A stretch of DNA of 9,222 nucleotides. It comes from Candidatus Hermodarchaeota archaeon. Its GTDB lineage: Archaea; Asgardarchaeota; Heimdallarchaeia; Hodarchaeales; Hodarchaeaceae. The first letter of the stretch is position 1. The number at the start of each line of letters is the position of its first letter. Positions 5,704-9,222 of this stretch are shown here, piece after piece. The DNA lies in NCBI GenBank assembly GCA_048886185.1, contig JBHLKY010000051.1, positions 1 to 9,222 on the forward strand. The letters run 5' to 3'. The notes beneath the pieces were generated by a model. That model saw only the letters and a list, made by a program, of their open reading frames with translations. It ran no database searches and had not been told where the DNA came from. The position numbers and the translations under genes are program-made.

Positions 5704-7410
5704 TTATGTCATTTTCTTTATAGCAGAGAGCATATTATCCACTTGGGTTTGATGAATCCAATTGGGAGGTGCTGCAAGTAATGCAAAACGAAAAACTTGT
5801 TCTGCTTCTCTAAAACGTCTTAGTTTGGTTAAAACAGATCCTAAATTGGCATAAGCATAAGGATCATCTGGATTTTGTTTTAAAACCTCTTGAAATGCTT
5901 CTTCTGCTTCTTTCAACCTATTTTTTTGAGTGAATAATTCTCCCAAACGCATCCAAGCTGCAATTTGGGTAGGATTGTATTTTAATAACGTTCTATATGC
6001 TTTTTCTGCCTTCCTAAAGCGATCCTGTCTTTGTAGGAGAACTCCTAGATTATATAAAGCTTCAGAATAGGTGGGATCATATCTCAATGAGTTTCTATAT
6101 GCCCCTTCAGCTTCAATTATCCGTCCTTTTCTTTCGAGTAGAATGCCCAGTTTATCCCAAGCCTTGATATGGTTTGGTTTTAATTGGATTGATGTGTGAT
6201 AAGCTTGTTCTGCTTCCATCAGATGTCCTTTTTCAGACAGAAGATTCCCCAAGTTATACCATGTACTAGCTTGATTGGGTTCAAATTTTAGGGAAGTACG
6301 ATAAGCATTTTCTGCTTCTATTAAATTTCCCCATTTATGTAGCAAACCTCCTAAATTGTTCCAAGCTTTGGCATGAAAAGGATCATTCTTTAATGCTTTT
6401 TGATAGGCTATCTCTGCTTCAGTTAAGCGATTTTGATTTTCAAGAGATATTCCAAGGTTATACCAAGCATCTACATTATTCTGGTTATTTTCTAAGATGG
6501 TTTGACAAGCTTTCTCTGCCTCAATATACTGTTTTTGCTCATTTAATACTCTACTCAGATTGATCCATGTGGCAATTTGAGAGGAGTCATGTTGTAAAGA
6601 TGTTTGATAAGCCTCTTTCGCGTCGTTGAGTCGCCCCTCCTCCTTTAATAAGTCTCCCAGTTTTGACCATGCTTGAATGTTTTTTGGTTCGAGCTTAATC
6701 GCTATTTGATAGCCTTCCATTTGTCCTTGATCCATTAATAGATCTTTCAGGCGAATTAAAGCATTTTTGTTCTTTGGTTGATACTTTAATACCATTTTAT
6801 AATCTTTTTCAGCTTCAAGAAGCTTTCCCTGCTTCTCAAGTAAAATTCCTAGGTTATACCAGCTCTTTACATTTTTTGGATTGGAATCTAAAGCTAATCG
6901 AAAAGCGTCCTCTGCTTCAGTTATACGATTCTGTTTAGTTAACAAAACTCCCAGATTTGTCAAAACTGAGGAGTGTTTACGATCATGTAATAAAGCTGAC
7001 CAAAATTCCTCTTCTGCTTCATTAATACGATTTTGCCGATATAATAGTTTTCCAAGATTATTTCGTGCATTAGTATTACTAGGTTCATAACTAATGGCTT
7101 TTCTTAAAGATCTCTCTGCTTCAATGAGTTTTTCTTGTTTGTATAGACAAATCCCTAGGTGAAACCAAGCTTGCGCTAATGCAGAATTATGCCTCAGAGC
7201 AGTTCGATAAGCCTCTTCTGCATCTGATAACAATCCTTTTTTATATAAGCAGATTCCTAAATGGAACCAAGTATTAGCATGATTAACCTCGTATTTCAGA
7301 GCTGTTCGATAGGCCTCCTCTGCTTCAGTCAAACGACCCTGTTTAAGATGAAAAGTTCCTCTTTCACACCACCTATCGGCTTCAAAAGGTTCATCTTGAA
7401 GTAAGTTCAT
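5704..7410 (-). CDS. Stand-alone tetratricopeptide repeat protein (16 TPRs plus capping helix)
   Basis: 16 consecutive repeats start at aa 11, with consensus AWxNLGxLLxxxGRLxEAExAYxxALxxxPxx. All are 34 aa except repeat 7 (30 aa). There is no catalytic domain. Confidence 0.93.
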   Translation of the reverse strand: MNLLQDEPFEADRWCERGTFHLKQGRLTEAEEAYRTALKYEVNHANTWFHLGICLYKKGLLSDAEEAYRTALRHNSALAQAWFHLGICLYKQEKLIEAERSLRKAISYEPSNTNARNNLGKLLYRQNRINEAEEEFWSALLHDRKHSSVLTNLGVLLTKQNRITEAEDAFRLALDSNPKNVKSWYNLGILLEKQGKLLEAEKDYKMVLKYQPKNKNALIRLKDLLMDQGQMEGYQIAIKLEPKNIQAWSKLGDLLKEEGRLNDAKEAYQTSLQHDSSQIATWINLSRVLNEQKQYIEAEKACQTILENNQNNVDAWYNLGISLENQNRLTEAEIAYQKALKNDPFHAKAWNNLGGLLHKWGNLIEAENAYRTSLKFEPNQASTWYNLGNLLSEKGHLMEAEQAYHTSIQLKPNHIKAWDKLGILLERKGRIIEAEGAYRNSLRYDPTYSEALYNLGVLLQRQDRFRKAEKAYRTLLKYNPTQIAAWMRLGELFTQKNRLKEAEEAFQEVLKQNPDDPYAYANLGSVLTKLRRFREAEQVFRFALLAAPPNWIHQTQVDNMLSAIKKMT

Positions 7411-7440
7411 TTACTAAATCGCTCTGATACCCTAATATGA

Positions 7441-7448
7441 ATATAAAA
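7441..7448 (-). promoter_or_regulatory. Candidate TATA box (TTTTATAT) for the TPR gene
   Basis: 31-38 nt upstream of ATG 7410. The AT-rich background lowers specificity. Confidence 0.35.
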
Positions 7449-7562
7449 TTCCCTACTGTCATATTAGACCATAAAAAGATATGTTAAGATTTATGTCCAA
7501 TATTTTTTAAAGAAGTAACAACAAAAAATAAGAATATAAATATTTCAGGGTTAAAAAATAAG

Positions 7563-7570
7563 TTTATAAT
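7563..7570 (+). promoter_or_regulatory. Candidate TATA box (TTTATAAT) with purine-rich BRE-like flank; leaderless transcript likely
   Basis: It starts 26 nt before ATG 7589, is preceded by AAAAAATAAG, and there is no SD. Confidence 0.45.
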
Positions 7571-7588
7571 TCATGGTTTGGTTCATCT

Positions 7589-7885
7589 ATGACATGGAAA
7601 CATACACTAGGAAAACCTGGTAATACTTATGTCATAACTAAACATTGGGTGAAGAAGAACATCCCAAAATCAAAAAGATTACCGAAGTTATTCTCCAAAG
7701 AAGTTTGTCCCGATTATATCTATAATATTGGGTTACATTATCTCCCTGATAATCCCAAAATTCCTCAAGAAATATGGATATGCCTGAAGACGGGAGTTCT
7801 TTTCACAAAAACTGATATTTTAATGTGGTTAAAGGAATCACGATCAAAACTTGAAAACAGCATAGTAAACAAAACAATGGAATGA
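7589..7885 (+). CDS. Small basic hypothetical protein (98 aa)
   Basis: ATG-started ORF that fills the gap between two opposite-strand genes without overlap. It is Lys/Trp-rich, with a TATA-like box 26 nt upstream. I recognise no family. Confidence 0.6.
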   Translation: MTWKHTLGKPGNTYVITKHWVKKNIPKSKRLPKLFSKEVCPDYIYNIGLHYLPDNPKIPQEIWICLKTGVLFTKTDILMWLKESRSKLENSIVNKTME

Positions 7886-7905
7886 TTTTTACTTAATATT
7901 TGTGT

Positions 7906-8679
7906 CTAGTGAGGCTTTAAATTAACTTTTAATGGTTTGGTATTTTTAACATTCTCGTAAAGATCAATTATTTTTTTCACTTCTTCATCTATTCCAGATA
8001 CTTCAAATATTGTTGCGCCGGCTCCATCGTATACCCCCCCTGCCCCTATTGGATAGATTTCAACGTTTGCCAAAGCCTCCATTGCCTCAATTTCTGAAAA
8101 TACCTCCCCACCAACCATGGGGAAAAGGCCAACTGGCATTCCACGAACGTAGTCAATCGATTGTTGTCCCCCAAGGTCTGGGACAATCTCTGTTACCGAG
8201 TATGGAACCATCTTTCCAATGGATATCGGTATTATGATTTGAATCCCTCGTGAAATAGCAATTGCATAAACAGAGCCAATTGTACCTCCAGCTGGGTGTG
8301 CACATAAAACTCCAGCAATCCAATCGGGTCCCAATGCGTTACCTCCTTTGATGATCACATCAGCTTTTTCAATCGATTGTTGGATAGGTTCAAATTTCGG
8401 TTTTCCGTTGTAAAAGGCTACTTCAGGGGTTCGTGTTTCAGAATTACTTACCCACAACGAACCTTCCACTATCCCTGCGACATAATTGTCAATATTAATT
8501 TGGAAATCAACATTATTTGTGAATTCTAGCATCTCACGAAGAATAAAAGCATTTGTTAAGCCTCGACCAATAGCTATCACACCATCGCTTAAATTCTCTT
8601 TCATAACTGGATGATTGAGGATTGCTTTAGCAATGAATGCACGACTTTCCCACGTATTGAATACTAGTTGACATCTCAT
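7906..8679 (-). CDS. Uncharacterised protein, probable NagB/RpiA/CoA-transferase-like fold
   Basis: VIAIGRGLT (cf. RpiA GLGTGST), ADVIIKGGNAL (cf. RpiA DVAIDGADEV), GGTIG and a Gly-rich GAGGVYDGAG. A GAGGTG SD lies at 8688-8693. The gene is confident; the fold assignment is inferred from motifs. Confidence 0.75.
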   Translation of the reverse strand: MRCQLVFNTWESRAFIAKAILNHPVMKENLSDGVIAIGRGLTNAFILREMLEFTNNVDFQINIDNYVAGIVEGSLWVSNSETRTPEVAFYNGKPKFEPIQQSIEKADVIIKGGNALGPDWIAGVLCAHPAGGTIGSVYAIAISRGIQIIIPISIGKMVPYSVTEIVPDLGGQQSIDYVRGMPVGLFPMVGGEVFSEIEAMEALANVEIYPIGAGGVYDGAGATIFEVSGIDEEVKKIIDLYENVKNTKPLKVNLKPH

Positions 8680-8687
8680 GATAGTTA

Positions 8688-8693
8688 CACCTC
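8688..8693 (-). promoter_or_regulatory. Shine-Dalgarno GAGGTG for the 257-aa gene
   Basis: The minus strand reads GAGGTG-TAACTATC-ATG. Confidence 0.7.
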
Positions 8694-8833
8694 ATTTTGA
8701 CTAAAACTATCTGGATTCAAGTTCAATCGTAAAATAATAATTTAACTTCCGATAATCATTGAAATGGATATTTCAAAGTAACCAACTTTACAAAAACGAA
8801 TAATTATGGCTAAATTAGATTACTTATGTTGTA

Positions 8834-9222
8834 TCATGTATTTGAAACGCTTTTTATCTGCCTTAATTCTTCAAGTGGCTTTTCTAAGACGTATTGTCGA
8901 TCAATTTTCCAATAATGGGTAGTAAAATCAAAGTTTTCTGGATAAAACCAGTAGATTGTTGATGCATTGACTGATGTATCTAATGTATAAGCGTTAAACG
9001 ACTGGAAGAGCTTCCAAATTGAAAAGGCTAGTTGATGTTCTTGAAAACTGGGAAGAGCACCACCCCATAATAAGAAGCCATTATTTTGGAGTATATCCAT
9101 ACCAAATCGAAAAGGAGGGGGAGATTCTGTAATAAGATTGAAGAAGCGATTAGTCGTCTTTTTATCCGAAGTAGGAACCCAAAATACTCGAGTATTAACT
9201 AAATTGAATAGAATTCGATCAA
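8834..9222 (-). CDS. 3' part of a hypothetical protein truncated by the window edge
   Basis: The frame of the 88-aa track ORF stays open upstream of ATG 9100 to the window end (DRILFNLVNTRVFWVPTSDKKTTNRFFNLITESPPPFRFG-MDIL...). The true start probably lies outside the window. The stop is TGA at 8834-8836. Confidence 0.7.
   Translation of the reverse strand, partial: DRILFNLVNTRVFWVPTSDKKTTNRFFNLITESPPPFRFGMDILQNNGFLLWGGALPSFQEHQLAFSIWKLFQSFNAYTLDTSVNASTIYWFYPENFDFTTHYWKIDRQYVLEKPLEELRQIKSVSNT

Noticed and set aside
6881-7090. 69-aa plus-strand track ORF
   Set aside because: Antisense shadow of the TPR repeats, with a non-ATG start.
8010-8237. 75-aa plus-strand track ORF
   Set aside because: Antisense to the well-supported 257-aa gene.
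8810-8836. Possible TGA read-through (selenocysteine) at the end of the rightmost ORF
   Set aside because: A TAG follows after seven codons, the context is not redox-like, and no SECIS-like hairpin is evident.
9183-9196. Perfect 14-bp palindrome AATACTCGAGTATT
   Set aside because: It lies inside an open coding frame, and about one such palindrome is expected by chance in an AT-rich window of this size.

Overview
AT-rich archaeal-looking window. The lineage is inferred from GGTGA/GAGGTG Shine-Dalgarno sites, TATA-like boxes, a TrmB-type regulator and a sequon-rich surface protein. An Asgard-type host is plausible but cannot be proven from this window. Eight CDS are supported, almost all alternating in orientation, so there is no clear operon: (1) a TrmB-like winged-helix regulator with N-terminal helical repeats; (2) an ~870-aa predicted two-TM surface protein with an intact-MIDAS vWA domain, two 8-residue-periodic sequon-rich stalk segments and a ~170-aa repeat-built cytoplasmic tail; (3) a MinD/ParA-like protein with a fully degenerate P-loop; (4) a 42-aa zinc-ribbon microprotein missed by the ORF track; (5) a stand-alone 16-TPR protein; (6) a basic 98-aa hypothetical protein; (7) a 257-aa protein with RpiA/CoA-transferase-like motifs; (8) the 3' end of a gene entering from the right edge. 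The ~745-bp spacer between the regulator and the vWA gene holds several repeated motifs. The most interesting candidate system is an adhesion-receptor-like vWA membrane protein flanked by a divergent regulator and a convergent pseudo-ATPase. The functional link between them is inference only. No rRNA, tRNA, CRISPR array or mobile element was recognised.
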